This document shows, one piece after another, positions 1 through 12,702 of a stretch of DNA of 64,000 bases. The stretch's first letter is position 1, and every line of letters starts with the position of its first letter. Below the pieces are notes generated by a model. That model was not told where the DNA came from. It saw only the letters and a list, made by a program, of their open reading frames with translations, and made no database searches. Both the position numbers and the translations under genes were made by a program. Source of the stretch: Octopus vulgaris (Eukaryota); assembly GCA_951406725.2 (NCBI GenBank), contig OX597824.1, forward strand, positions 33,976,001-34,040,000, written 5' to 3'.

Positions 1-924
1 TGAAGTAAAATATGTACGATTGAATGTACACATATTTTACGTGTCTACAACTCCCCATATTTTTTATACAGATATATTGTTCTTCAAGAAATATTATACA
101 CCTTCATGTACTTCCAAGAATCAACTTGTAGAATAGATACCAATTTCTTGTACATGATCATATTACATTAGTACAAGTCACCTCCAGCTAATGCATCATG
201 AAGTGGCCCCTATACGATCGCTCGACATGTAAGACACCGAAGCCAACCTTCCTCATATCCGCCTGTCTGTTTTTCTTTGCTAGGTTTCATTATGCGGACT
301 TGCCCCTAATCTGTGAAAGCTTCACAACAGCGAGACAGATGAGAGTAACTTATTCATACAAGCTATATAATAGATTATTACTAAATTTATCTCCGAATGG
401 AAAATACCACAATAGCTAAGAGTAGATTTTAGGTCTGTTGGCATTTTTTGTTAACACTTCGTTACTGATTTCTGGCTTCGACATAAAACCTTAACTTTGG
501 AATGGGGGAATGTATAATAAAATTATTTGATATCAATACTTGGCTGATGAAAGATAAAGTTGACCCCCAACAGGAATTGAACTCATAGCGTAAATATCTC
601 AAGTTATATTGTCCGTCACTCTACCAGTCCTGCCAGCCCTCTGCCTGAACACTTCATCATCCAAGACTCGATGAAGAAACTCCCTTAAGCAATCATTCAA
701 CCTGCTATAATAATAATCTAATCTCATTCAATTGACATTTTATTGTTAGATACCATAATTCAGGTTTCGACGTTAACTTGAAAAGATGAAATAAAATGTG
801 GCTGAAATAATTTTGATCATAGTTTTGCTCAGTCAGGGCTGACTTACCGCTAAAGAATCTACAACCACATTATTAACTACCATTTTTTTACCCTTTTAAT
901 GTTGGTCTGTAGATAAAATTATCT

Positions 925-1130
925 TTTCTACTATAAGTACAAGGCCTGAAACTTCGACGGTGAGGGCTAGTCGGTTACATCGACCCCAGTGCTTAATTGT
1001 TACTTATTTCATCGACTCCGAAAGGATGAAAGATAAAGTTGACCTCAGCGGAAATTGAACTCAGAACGTGAAGACAGACGAAATGCCGCTAAGCATTTTG
1101 CCTGGCGTGCTAACGATTCTGCCAGCTCAA
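925..1130 (-). mobile_element. tRNA-derived SINE (family B)
   Basis: gagctggcagaatcgttagc...ttctgagttcaa...tcatcctttcggagtcgat. Related copies at ~11.9, 27.8, 31.4, 37.0, 37.7, 44.2, 48.3 and 48.8 kb. Confidence 0.8.
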
Positions 1131-1142
1131 CCGCATTAGCAA

Positions 1143-1300
1143 TACCTCTCGACTGGACGAGGTATCCCAGGTCGATTGGATATCGGGGCCGTAATTTGCG
1201 TTGAGGTGTCGATGTTCAGTGAGTCCTGCAATTCACATAAGTTCAAGCGGATAGCCGTGTTCTTCATCGACGGACAAGCCGAGTGATTCCCTGTTCCTGT
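1143..1300 (-). pseudogene. Orphan, diverged 5.8S rRNA copy
   Basis: Reverse strand reads gaatcactcggcttgtccgtcgatgaagaacacggcta...tgtgaattgcaggactcactgaacatcgacac...aacgca...cggccccg, which matches conserved 5.8S blocks. Flanked by SINEs; no 18S/28S nearby. Confidence 0.85.
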
Positions 1301-1336
1301 AAATAAAATAATAAAAATTAATTCTATATGCATATA

Positions 1337-1733
1337 GGCGTAGGAGTGGCTGTGTGATAAGTAGCTTGCATACCAACCACATGGTTCCGGGTTCAGTCCC
1401 ACTGCGTGGCACCTTGGGCAAGTGTCTTCTACTATAGTCTCGGGCCGACCTAAGCCTTGTGAGTGGATATGGGAGACGGAAACTGAAAGAAGCCCGTCGT
1501 ATATATGTATGCATATATATGTATATATATATATATGTGTGTGTGTCTGTTTGTCCACCCAACATCGCTTGACAACCGATGCTGGTGTGTTTACGTCCCC
1601 GTAACTTAGCGGTTCCGCAAAAGTGACCGATAGAATAAGTACTAGGCTTACAAAGAATATGTCCTGGGGTCGATTTGTTCGACTAAAGGCGGTGCTCCAG
1701 CATGGCCACAGTCAAATGACTGAAAAGAGTAAA
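1337..1733 (+). mobile_element. tRNA-derived SINE (family A, internal (TA)/(TG) microsatellite)
   Basis: A/B-box head tggctgtgtgataag...ggttcagtccc, core caccttgggcaagtgtcttctactatag, tail cagtcaaatgactgaaa. Many copies (7.2, 23.1-23.6, 24.1-25.1, 40.6, 52.1, 54.9, 63.7 kb). Confidence 0.85.
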
Positions 1734-4260
1734 GCAATTGCTAGTTTCTAGGAAAAGTTCAGAGGTCCTGAGCAATCGATAATGCATCACAGTTTCTTTT
1801 TTTTTTAATATTTATTAGAATATTTTCTTTCTTTTTAAATATTGATTAGAATTTTTTTGTTTCTTTTTAAATATTGATTGGAATTTTTCTCTTTCTTACA
1901 TAATATTTCAGAAATGATGAAATGAAATATTTACATTGTAGAACGTCATTTGTTAAGAGGTGAATTGCTGAAATTAGTGGATTTACAAACTGATTACGTG
2001 AAGGTTTTGTTAACAATGTGTAGAAAATTATATAATTTTAGAGATTCTTTTTTGTTTTGCTTTTTAAACTAAAAATAGCTAAAACCAAGTTATTGTAAAT
2101 GTCTACTCTCCCACATATGACCTCCACCTTGACCTTGTCCTAATCTTTTCCTCTCTTCTCTAATTTTTAACCTTCTCCTCCTCAACTTACACCATCCTGC
2201 TTTAGCCTTCTGCCTCAATCCCTCATTTCATGCCTCTGTTAACAAAAAAAAAAAAAAACAATTCTTAGAAAGCCCTTTACTTAAATAGTTACCAACCCAG
2301 AATTTACATATCCTGGACTTAAATAGCTTTCTATGTATTTGTCCCATTCCTTATTCTTTCTGTTTTTGTTGCTAATCTTTTGACTTTCATAAGTCCATTC
2401 TACCTGCCTCCTCCAATTCTAACCTCCTCTTCTTTCACCCTCTCCAGACATGTAACTTTCTTACACCACCCCTAGTAACTCTCTCACTCATTTCTTTGTT
2501 TCATTTCTGCCATCATTTTTCTGGCTTGCAATCAAAGAAAAAGATAACACCACTACCTTTCTCTTCAGCAATCTCAGACGAAAAGGAAGGGGCCTCCAGA
2601 ACATTAAATTCTTCATTCTTCATGACAACTGAACTTACCAAACATTTCTTCAGCTTTCCTATGGGTTAATTGTTGCTGATACAGGCCCTCACAATTTTTT
2701 CTTAGATTCTAGATTTTAACCTAGTGTAAATCAAGCCCACAATATTGCTTTTTGTTGTATGGCCTTCTCATCCTTCACTTTCACTAATTTGTCATTAGTT
2801 TGTGTATGAATTATACTTTTTTCTAGCAGACCACTACCACATATCTAAAAAAAAAATCATCATTATTAGTATTATAACATATACTCTTCTGTAGCTGGGC
2901 ATGAATAGGCTGGATTGTGTCGCCATCTTCAAGTCTTCTGTCTATGTCTACAATGATTACTCTCGGCTACCATTACAAGTTTTATATTTCATTTCAGTGA
3001 GGTAGTTTCAAAGTTTTTATTATTACCTTTTTTTAAATTGTAATTTACACCCTTGTTTCAATTAAAATGTTTCAGATAAAAATTTCCAATTTCTTATATA
3101 ATTTCTTTTGTAAGTTACTTATTTTCCTGCTTAATGATAACAATAATCTTACTATTAGTCATTCATTTGCGTAACTATATACTGCTGTTGCAAAATTGAA
3201 GCACTTTAATATATGTTATGGTCATAATCTGTTTTTCCACGCTTGTAAGCGTTGAATAGGTCCTGCAGTATGGCATGTCACTATGGTTCTTGAACTTGTC
3301 TCAGCTTGTCAGTGAAGCACAACTTACTGAAATCTGACCCCACCACTTCTTGTTATGCCTTCATTGGTCTTCTGCTACAGGTACTTTCCATTATCTGCAC
3401 AAATATTTTTTTACAGCAGGTATCATCCCAGCAAAGTCACCTCCTCTGCACATGACTGCTGATACATCTAATGTGTAGCTGCTTTCTCTGCCCACTTCTG
3501 CTTTTTTTTTTTAATGCCAATTAATATTGCACATATATAATAGGCTAATTAAAAAAAAATTGCACGAGCCAATTAATTTTCTATTTAAGCAAAATGTAAA
3601 GACAAAAAGTACCTATCAAATGCAGATTAAAGAATTGTGAGAACCTGATGGGAGTGGAACTTGCATATCCTTGTTGAATCCTCAATATACTTGCCATTTT
3701 ACTATTCTCAGATTATGTAAGAGAAAGAGTAATGATCTAATTGAATTTAAATTCTATCAGAATAGAAATGATGTACATGTACATGCTAGGATTAAAACCA
3801 TGCATAAAGACAAGTAGATATTGTTTGAAACATATGTAATGATAATTGCAGAGATGTCAACACTGGGTTTTGAGTCAAGAGCCACCAAGTCTCACATTTA
3901 TATTCTTTATCATATGTAATCTTTATATTTGTACACTTCTTGCTTTTCCACATTAGGTTAATCAGAAATAAACTTAATTCAATAAAATTTCCTTTGTTTT
4001 ACTTCTTATTGCCACTACATCTATTCATAAATTATTATGGACTCTTGCAAGTAGGTACCATAAAGCAGAGGTAAGTTTTTGCACAATGAATCTCTGGTTG
4101 TAATTCAAACAATTTTTAATATATGTGAGAAAGACATGGATTTCATAACATTTTCCTTTCTATAAAATTTCCAGATTTCATGCAAGCATAACCATTATTA
4201 TGTTGTTCTTTCCCATCCTATGAAGTTTTCTCTCAGTTTATCTAATTTATATATATATAT

Positions 4261-4550
4261 ATCATTTAATAAACACATAGTTTAAATATGAGCTACTATA
4301 AGTTTTATGCTCTGGTAATACAATACTCAGATAAGTTTGAACAGTGTGCCATGTACTACTGTGCAAACTTTCAGTCTGAAAAACTACATAACAGTACATG
4401 GAACACTATACAAATTCATCTGATTGTTGTATAATCAGAGCATGAAACTTTTAGTGGTCACATTTAAATCTGAGTTTCTCAAATGATATTTATTTCCCAT
4501 TAGATGGAGTCCTTATTTTGTTGATCCCATCAATAATGAAATAGTACACT
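4261..4550. repeat. Old fold-back insertion in (TA)n: diverged inverted arms plus tail
   Basis: 4261-4357 is an imperfect reverse complement of 4393-4488 (roughly three quarters identical by eye). A ~60-nt tail follows; (TA)n lies on both sides. Confidence 0.7.
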
Positions 4551-4614
4551 ATATATATACACATATATATATAAAACAACATCCTTTTTTTTATATATAT
4601 TTTTATATATATAT

Positions 4615-5299
4615 ATGAGATTATGGTTAAAATGAAACCATAATCTCATGGCTTATGCCAGGGGCGTAACCAGCCCACTTATGCGTACCTTTTCCTTCTT
4701 TGGACACTAAAACTCTGCTTGCGAAGACCTGTTGAGGCAAGTGAAATCAAATCAATCAAAATCAAAATTCGATGACTAGCGTCCATGCTAGCAGGGTGCA
4801 GGGAGCACCATACGAGCGTGACAGAGCAGCTAACCAGCTTCCGTGCCAGTGGCACTTAAAGGGCACCATTCGAACGTGATCGTTACCAGCGTTGCCTTCT
4901 GGCACTTGTGCTGATGCTACTAGGGTGCCAAGAGCACCATCCGAGCATGATCGTTGCCAGAGCAGCTAACTGGCTTCCGTGCCAGTGGGCACGTAAAAAG
5001 GGCACCATTCGAACGTGATCATTACCAAAATCGCCTTCTGGCACCTGTGCTGGTGGCATGTATAAAAGGATTCAAGTAAGTTCGTTGCCAGTACCGCCTG
5101 ACTGGACCCCGTGCTGGTGGCACGTAAAAGCACCCACTACACTCTCGGAGTGGTTGGCGTTAGGAAGGGCATCCAGCTGTAGAAACTCTGCCAAATCAAG
5201 ACTGGAGCCTGGTGCAGCCATCTGGTTCGCCAGCCCTCAGTCAAAATCGTCCAACACATGCTAGCATGGAAAGCGGACGTTAAACGATGATGATGATGA
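4615..5299 (+). mobile_element. 5'-truncated RTE LINE 3' UTR with (GAT)n tail
   Basis: Same 3' region as follows the RTE coding remnant at ~61.9-62.6 kb; ends ggacgttaaacgatgatgatg. Confidence 0.75.
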
Positions 5300-5329
5300 T
5301 TTATATATCCATGTGTGATATTTATATAT

Positions 5330-5570
5330 CCGTGTGTGGAGCACTTTGAAACTGAATGCAAGAGATTGCATAAAGAGAGGAGACATCGTCATCAACCTCC
5401 TGTGGTTGTTCTTCGGGGTCACTTTCAGTGCTCTGAGTGCCACAGGATCTGCCTGTCTTGTATCAGCTTTGTCAGCCACGACTGCTTCCGTGAGAAACAA
5501 TGTACTGGGGAGGAGGAAGAATGTCTTGGATTGATGCTGTTATCACCATTGATGGGCCATCATAAGTAAT
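5330..5570 (+). mobile_element. RTE/BovB-like LINE C-terminal relic
   Basis: FQCSECHRICLSCISFVSH resembles the RTE C-terminal CxxC...SRIGLxSH motif. Confidence 0.5.
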
Positions 5571-5620
5571 AAACATATACATGTGTGTGTATGTATATGT
5601 ATGTGTGTATATTTATATAT

Positions 5621-5950
5621 TGTTGTATTTAGGAATGGTCATTTTGCCAGTTTAGCCAATAAAAACACACGCACTATATATTTGGTGTTAATTTGCTTCA
5701 GCTTTATTTATTTTTTACATTAATCTTAATCTTATTTCGGCCAGAGTTCTTTCGTCACACTTCTGTGACCTCATCAGTGGTCCTTTGCTTTCTTCTTTCT
5801 TATTTGTGTGTCTCCCCTTACTAATGGTCAGTCATTTTGTATTCCTATTGTATGTATATATTGGCTAAACTGGCAAAATGACCATTCCTGAATACATCAA
5901 CATCTGCTTTAACACAGGATTTCACATCCAGAATCTTGCAAAACAAATAT
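5621..5950. mobile_element. Small Penelope-like fold-back insertion
   Basis: 41-nt inverted arms 5621-5661 / 5859-5899 (2 mismatches), hammerhead motif in the spacer, ~50-nt tail, microsatellite flanks. Confidence 0.65.
5739..5783 (-). ncRNA. Minimal type-I hammerhead ribozyme motif
   Basis: ggacca CUGAUGA g GUCACA-gaag-UGUGAC GAAA G-aa-C UC / uggcc. One extra G after the core and an imperfect stem I. Confidence 0.6.
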
Positions 5951-6216
5951 ATAAACGTATATGTGTGTGTGTAGGACATATCCAGTATGTTCATTCCTGA
6001 TTTAAGATGGTAGAGTTTGATTTGAGGGAAATTTGGCTGCTATGTTTATCAAGTGTGAGTGACCATGCAGAAGCCTTCCTTGCCTCATTATACTTGGTTG
6101 TTATTTAGCCCCAGATCAGTCCTGATTGAACAGACCTATGATGAAAAACCTTAGTAATGACTAATCAGTCTTTTTGTATACCAGGAACTACATTATCTAA
6201 CATATCCTTTATCTAA

Positions 6217-6409
6217 CCCTTTTGTTACTGTATTTCTTTCAATTACTTTAAATATAACAAAAAATTTAGTAAAATAACTCAGTTATCATTTAGCTAGTGT
6301 TAGGAACATAAATTGTGACTAAGGTTTGGTAGAAGATTTTAATTCAAAACTTATGAAAACAAGATTTTTGTACTCAGAGCCAGTTTCAGCCGGGTTGGTA
6401 ATGAAAGGG
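6217..6409. mobile_element. piggyBac-like MITE
   Basis: CCCTTT...AAAGGG termini, (c)TAA/TTAA flanks; sister copy at 50465-50655. Confidence 0.7.
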
Positions 6410-7471
6410 TTAAGATAGTCAGGAGTGATTTGAGGGAGTTTTAGCTGCTACATCCATCAAGTTGAAACTAAGCATTTCCTAACATGGAGTTGATGGGGAT
6501 ATTGTTTGGCAGCTACCTGATACTCCATCAGAAAACTAACTCAGTTGAAGGGATCTCAATCATGGAAGCTGCATGGGACTTCACTACCCATGTTACTACA
6601 AACAAAGCACCCAAAATACTCTATAAAGTGGTTAGCATTAGGAAGGGCATCCAGCTGTAGAAATCATAATAAAGCAGGCGTTGGAACACTCTGTGAAGTG
6701 GTTGGTATTAAAAAAAGGCATCAAACAATAGAAACTATGCCTTTGACTTATTGGATTCTGTCAAACCATACAACCATTTCAGGATAGAAGATGGATGTTA
6801 AAAGTTGATGATGATCATCATCATCATCATAATCATCATCCACGAATCAAGTGACTTGTCAACAGAATAGAAATATAAAAAAAAAGGTAAACTAAAAGAA
6901 AATATAACTATACAGTTATCATGTGGCAGAAAAACAAGTTTACATACATTTAATTTCAAACAAAAGAAAAAAGGAAAATTTTCTGGTCTGTTTACATTGA
7001 TAAAACAGCAGGCGATGTGCTGTTATCAGTCGCTGTGTTGTATTTCATAAACTAAACAATCTGGAAATCACAGAACAGAGCATAGCAAGAAAATGATATG
7101 CAAATGAGAAGAGATAACAGAGACTAACCCAAGAGTTATTCTTAGCATTTCATATAGTGTTCATGCATTTCATAATCTGATCAGGTGTGCCTGTGTGGTA
7201 AGAAGTTGCTTCCCAACCGTAGGGTTCTGGATTCTGTCCCACTGTGTGGTGCCTTGGGTGAGTATCTTCTACTGGGACAACCAAAGTCTTGTGAGTGGAA
7301 TTGGTGGACAGAAACTGAAAGAAGCCCATCGTAATCCAAAGCCTGATAGAGATAGGCTCCCTTTAGGGGCCTGCAAAACTTGAAGTTTCATGGAATCTAA
7401 TCAAACTGTTTTAAAATAATGCATGTAACTCCTACAAAATGTGCTGAGTACCCTTTTTTTTCATTTGTCCA

Positions 7472-7506
<35 letters not shown>

Positions 7507-7509
<3 letters not shown>

Positions 7510-7762
7510 CAAAATAAGAAAATGGAGGAATACACTTTAATCAATCATCGATTGATTAAAGTGTATTCCTCCATTTTCTTATTTTGTATTTTGAATTTGA
7601 GGTAAAACATTTTACCTTCGCCCATATAATACAATAAATGAATTAATTGCATTGCAATTCTTAGCATTTATGTATTAACTTTATTGGGTGATTTACTGGC
7701 AGTATATTGATTATATGTTATCCCATAGAGGGTTACACTCACAACCCCTATCTCACTTTGTA
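7507..7762. repeat. Fold-back insertion in (TA)n: perfect 38-bp hairpin plus ~175-nt tail
   Basis: 7509-7546 is the exact reverse complement of 7550-7587 (3-nt loop); (TA)n on both sides. Confidence 0.85.
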
Positions 7763-7800
<38 letters not shown>

Positions 7801-9405
7801 CTGTAAATGTAATATGTGACAATTTATTTGGTAGCCATGATAAAGAGAAAAGCGATATCAAAGAGATATCATACTGAATTTAGAAAGTATATATACCAAT
7901 AGAAAAAATAGATGAGGTTCTAACATTTCAGGATACACCTATATCAAAGAGAAGCAAAAGGAAAAAGAGTGGCAAAAGAAAAAGAAAAAAATGTCATGCT
8001 GAATTTAGAATGTCTGCGGCCAGCAATGTAAACATACCACAAATTCAGTATTGTATTTTTTTTCTTTATATATAAATAAATAAATGCATACATACATATG
8101 TCTGTATCTATGTATACACACAAAAAATTACACATGCATGATTACATGTTGTTACATTATGATGGTATTTCATTTAATAGTACTGAGACAGGTTTACCTT
8201 GCAGTCAACTATTTTTGACTTAATTATTAGCTTTAATAAATTTTATTTATAAAAAATATAATTTTGACCTAAATAATCTCATTCATTGTTGGATGGACAA
8301 AAAGCTATTGTTAAGATGTTCAGAACTTAGAAAATTGATGACATTTTGAAGCATCTTGTTGATAGCTCATGATAATTACACTTTATATTGAATAGGGGAA
8401 GAAGAAAGAACAAAGCCTGTTAATTTAATGATAGCATTTAAATTATAAACTACAATATTTTACCCTTCTTTATTGTTTTCCCAACAGGCTAATAATTACT
8501 CTTTTCTTATTCTTACTGAATTTCACATACATTTACTCATGCTCTTCTTTCCATGCCTCAAGCTATTTCTGAAGTTTCTGGAATGAAAACTTGTGTTCGT
8601 TTATTTATTTAAAATACAAAGATTTCAATTGGCTGAACTTTATCAGTAATGGCCTCAAGAATGAGTGAAGGATAGCTTTCTTCAGTTTATTTAAATCCAC
8701 CCCCTACATGATCTGAATGTTCTTTTCATCCATTCTAAATATTCTCTTTGCCTACTAAACTACAAATTAGGGTGCTCTGTAAAAATCATCTTCCCTATGT
8801 CTTTATGTTGCATATATAGTTCCACATCCCAATACAAACTCATACTGCATGCCAATGTGGAACCCACTAAAACATGGATGTAAATCTCTCCCTTGAGGGC
8901 TATATTTCACCAACATTTAAATCTGGAACTGCCCATTGTTAAAGTGTCTAAAAATCCACAGGACAAATTAAAATAGTTTAAGTTGTAATACCAAACTAGT
9001 AAATTCTTATAAGTTTCATACCCAGGAATTGTAAAATTAATGATTTGTTACTTTCCTTTGCTCTTGATACTATGAGGCACTAGTGTAGTTGGGAGGTGGT
9101 AGGGACGATCTGCCCCAGGCAGCACTTTTGGGTCTGCTGTAGACAATATGTGTTTTCTGTGGGGTCCAGGGGTCGCAAACAGAAGGGCCACCCCAGTGCT
9201 GTGAGGTCAATCAATCTGCTGGAAACTTGTGCCAAGGCTCTTTCCAATCACAATCTACCATCTTCAGAAGACATATTGAATAATATAGTTCTAGGCACAC
9301 TTTGTCTTAAAAAACATGGGATTGTCACTGTAAGAATGCTTTTGATGATGGGATTCTTCAATCACAACAGAGCTTGTAAGTTTCCATTGTATACATTGAC
9401 TATAG

Positions 9406-9565
9406 AAAATAGCCTAATATTGGGGCATATAAATCCACAACGGGAAAAAATGGATATTAGAACACGTGGGAATCAAACACACACCCCTTATTTTCGATTC
9501 CTGCATGTGCTAATACCCAGTTTTTACCATCGTGGGTTTTATATACCCCAATATTAGACAATTTT
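9406..9565. repeat. Palindromic MITE-like element
   Basis: ~70-nt diverged inverted arms (aaaatagcctaatattggggcatataaa... / ...ttatataccccaatattagacaatttt). Confidence 0.7.
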
Positions 9566-10140
9566 ATGCATGCCATGTTTGAGAGGACCCGTCAAGCCAA
9601 GTGAAATCGTAGTCATGGTTGATGCCTGTGTCACATAACTGGCACCTGTACCGGTGGCAAGTAAAAAGCACCTTTTGAACATTGGGCTTCATAGATGCAG
9701 TGTCAGGTGACCAAGGCCTTTGATGATATACCGTGCTTACCAATTTTCTGTCTAACTGTCCAACCCGTGCCTGCATGGAAAACAAAGTTAAATGATGATG
9801 TTGATATATATATATATGATAGTGATAACATCTAAAAGATGCCTCTTCTTCTTTCACTTTTGGTGAGTGTATCTTTGACCCAGAGGAATTGGTGTCATCA
9901 GATATCTCAATGATCATTGGGTATTATGGCTCAATCCTGAGCCATAATATGTTCTCATTCGTAGATCAGCAGAGGTGGCCAAATCATTGCTCATCATCAT
10001 ATCTTGGCTTCCAGCTTAACTCCTCTCTTCTGCTCCATAACCAGCAAGAGCCTCTTCCTGAACACAGCTACCTTTCATTCTTTTTATCTTATTCCATTGG
10101 CTGCAAGCCATATATATATATATGTGTGTATGGATTTGTT

Positions 10141-10530
10141 TTTCTGTTGACAAAATCACCAAATAATTTAATATCTTCTGTTGTGGACAGCCATAAATAT
10201 CTCTTTATATGCTTTAGTTTACTAAAGCTTCCCTCTCCTGTAGCCACAATTAAAGATACTGTAAGCATTATTCTTAATAGCCAATCAGATATTTTGGCAT
10301 GGTATCTTGTAACTTATTACTGTTTATGAACCTTACAGCCCCTCTCAGAAGCTTTTCATCTGCAGGAAATAAATCCTTTATATCCACTTCCTCTAAGTGA
10401 TCACCTTTGTTAATGTCACTATTTTCATGACACCTTAACTTATCTTCCAGCTCTAGACATGCTAATCTTAGTTTATTTTTATCTGGCAAATCTTTGATAT
10501 TATTTAAAAATCTTCATCTGTTTACTGAGA
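10141..10530 (-). mobile_element. hAT transposase C-terminal (dimerisation domain) relic
   Basis: Reverse strand LRIMLTVSLIVATGEGSFSKLKHIKRYLWLST resembles the hAT motif LTIPVTVASAERSFSKLKLIKNYLRST; frameshifted. Confidence 0.8.
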
Positions 10531-11705
10531 CTTTGTTACAGTTAGAATCTCTCTGATAAGAAAAAAAAAACAACAAATTAATAGTAGTGTCAAGTATTCC
10601 ATTGACCCTTTAGCATTCAGATTACTCTATCAAATGTAATACTTATTTATTAACATTATTTTGAATTAATCATGCAATTATCTTGTAGTCTCGAGATTTC
10701 AATGTAACTGTTTATTTTTAGTATGACATTGTATAGTAGATGTGAGGAGCCAGATATGGCCAGTTTAAATGCTGTAGGGTATGATGTTTTTAAAAAAATT
10801 TCTTTCTGAGTCATATGTATTTTGAAACTTTGCAGATACATTCATAGTTAAACTGTTGATGTTTGTTTTCTTCTTTGCATTTTTTTTTTGCATATTGTTA
10901 TTTTTAATGAGCTCTACATCTAATTCATTCGAGTTTTATCCACACTCAAAGATACGACAATGACCATTCATGTTTATATATGTGATGTAATCAAAATCTA
11001 AAATCACATCCCCAAAATACATAACCAACAATTTATTATATCTACTTTAGGAAAGTAAAATGACATGAAAGAAAGAAAGGTAAACTAAATAACCTGATGA
11101 TAATTATTAATCTTACCTGATAATTTATTATTATCAATGACTGCTATTGTTTTAAGAAAATTTATTATTTTTTACTCAGTGTTGAGATTATATTTCCAAT
11201 TTTACACATTTTCTATTTTATTTTTTATATTTCTGCTACTGTTGTTAATTATCTAACTGCCAAGAGCACACTTAAATGTTGCATTTTAAATATTTTATAG
11301 ATAACTTCCTTTATATAATAATATGGTGAGGAAAATAACTTCTAATTATGAAAAAGTTTGACAGACTGCTTAACTAGTATTCCTACAGCAGAGTTAGTAG
11401 TAGGCCTAAGTACAATATAACTGTGTGGACTTAATCATCTCTCCTTGCTCCCACCCCAAAAAAGTCATTATGCTTTCCTACCAAATAATTGATTAATAAA
11501 TATACTGTATTATGAACTAGCTGACTGAGGTAAAGTTTTAGATTAATATTAGATTCAATCCTTGAATTGTATTTGGAAACTAGCAATTTGATTTAATAGT
11601 CAGAATTTACTGTTTAAAATAAAGAACGCAATTGTAAATAGTCTGTAAAATGTTTATGACCCTTCTATTTTTACCTCTTTATGCTGATATTTTAATTTGC
11701 TGTTT

Positions 11706-11740
<35 letters not shown>

Positions 11741-12520
11741 TGCAGAGCTCAAAATAGTTAAAGCTATAAATAATAACATATAGAAAATTAAGTTTAAAAA
11801 AACAACCTTCAACTTATTTCTATCCAAGGGTTTTTTAACTCAGTAATTTTTAAGGCAGTGAACTGACAGAAATGTTGGTATGTCAGGCAAAATGCTTAGC
11901 AGCATTTCATCCATTTTCACATTCTGAGTTCAAGTCCTGCCAAAGTTGGTTTTACCTTTCATCCTTTTGGAGATGATTAAACATGTACTAGTTAAGCACT
12001 GGACTCTATGTAATCGACCTAACCCACTTCCCCAAAATTACTGGCCTGGTGCCAAAATTTGAAACCAGTATTCTGTCTCTTTATCATACAGTAACCTCTC
12101 ATCACCTGACGCAAGCTATCTCTCTCAATGCTACTCCTCCCTCAGTTTAGAGGTCTTTATCTTTGTCTCACATAATATTTGATGACCTTGCTGATGTTGG
12201 TGCCATGTGAAAAGCACTCAGTACACTCTGTAAAATGGTTGGCATGTTAGGAAGGGTATCCAATCATAGAAACCATGCCAAAGCAGACAGAAGAGCTTGG
12301 CACAGTCCTCTGGCTAGTCATCTCCTGTCAAACTGTCCAATCCATGCCAGAATGGAAAATGGTTGTTAAATGAGGATGATGATTCTGCGTGCTATTATTT
12401 ATAACTTTACCTACTTGGAGTTCTGCCATTAAAACAAGTCATTGCCTATCTCTCTGAGTTTCTATTTTAAAAAAGAATTAGATATAAAATGATCTTATAT
12501 TACAATGTTTTATTTTTCAG

Positions 12521-12702
12521 TTGGTGGAATTTATACAGTAATCAAGTCAAAAACTCCTGTAACTGTTGAAGAACTTGGAGAACAGTATTGTTTGTTGGGC
12601 CCTTATAATGAAGAATGTGTCCGCACTGAGGTTGAAATTTTGGAACCTCAATACTATGTTTACAGAGATGTCATCAAATCAATGGAAGATCAAGGAATCC
12701 GG
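12521..12702 (+). CDS. GYS: Glycogen synthase exon (first in window)
   Basis: tttttcag|TT GGT GGA ATT TAT ACA = (V)GGIYTVIKSK...DQGIR|gtaaat; 182 nt. Confidence 0.95.

Noticed and set aside
2100-2900. Pyrimidine-rich stretch with a faint LESLY..P-like motif (possible old Penelope 3' end)
   Set aside because: Too degraded to support a call by eye.
10274-10552. Possible nested antisense gene exon with a good acceptor
   Set aside because: The frame breaks down and continues into a hAT dimerisation motif, so it is a transposase relic.
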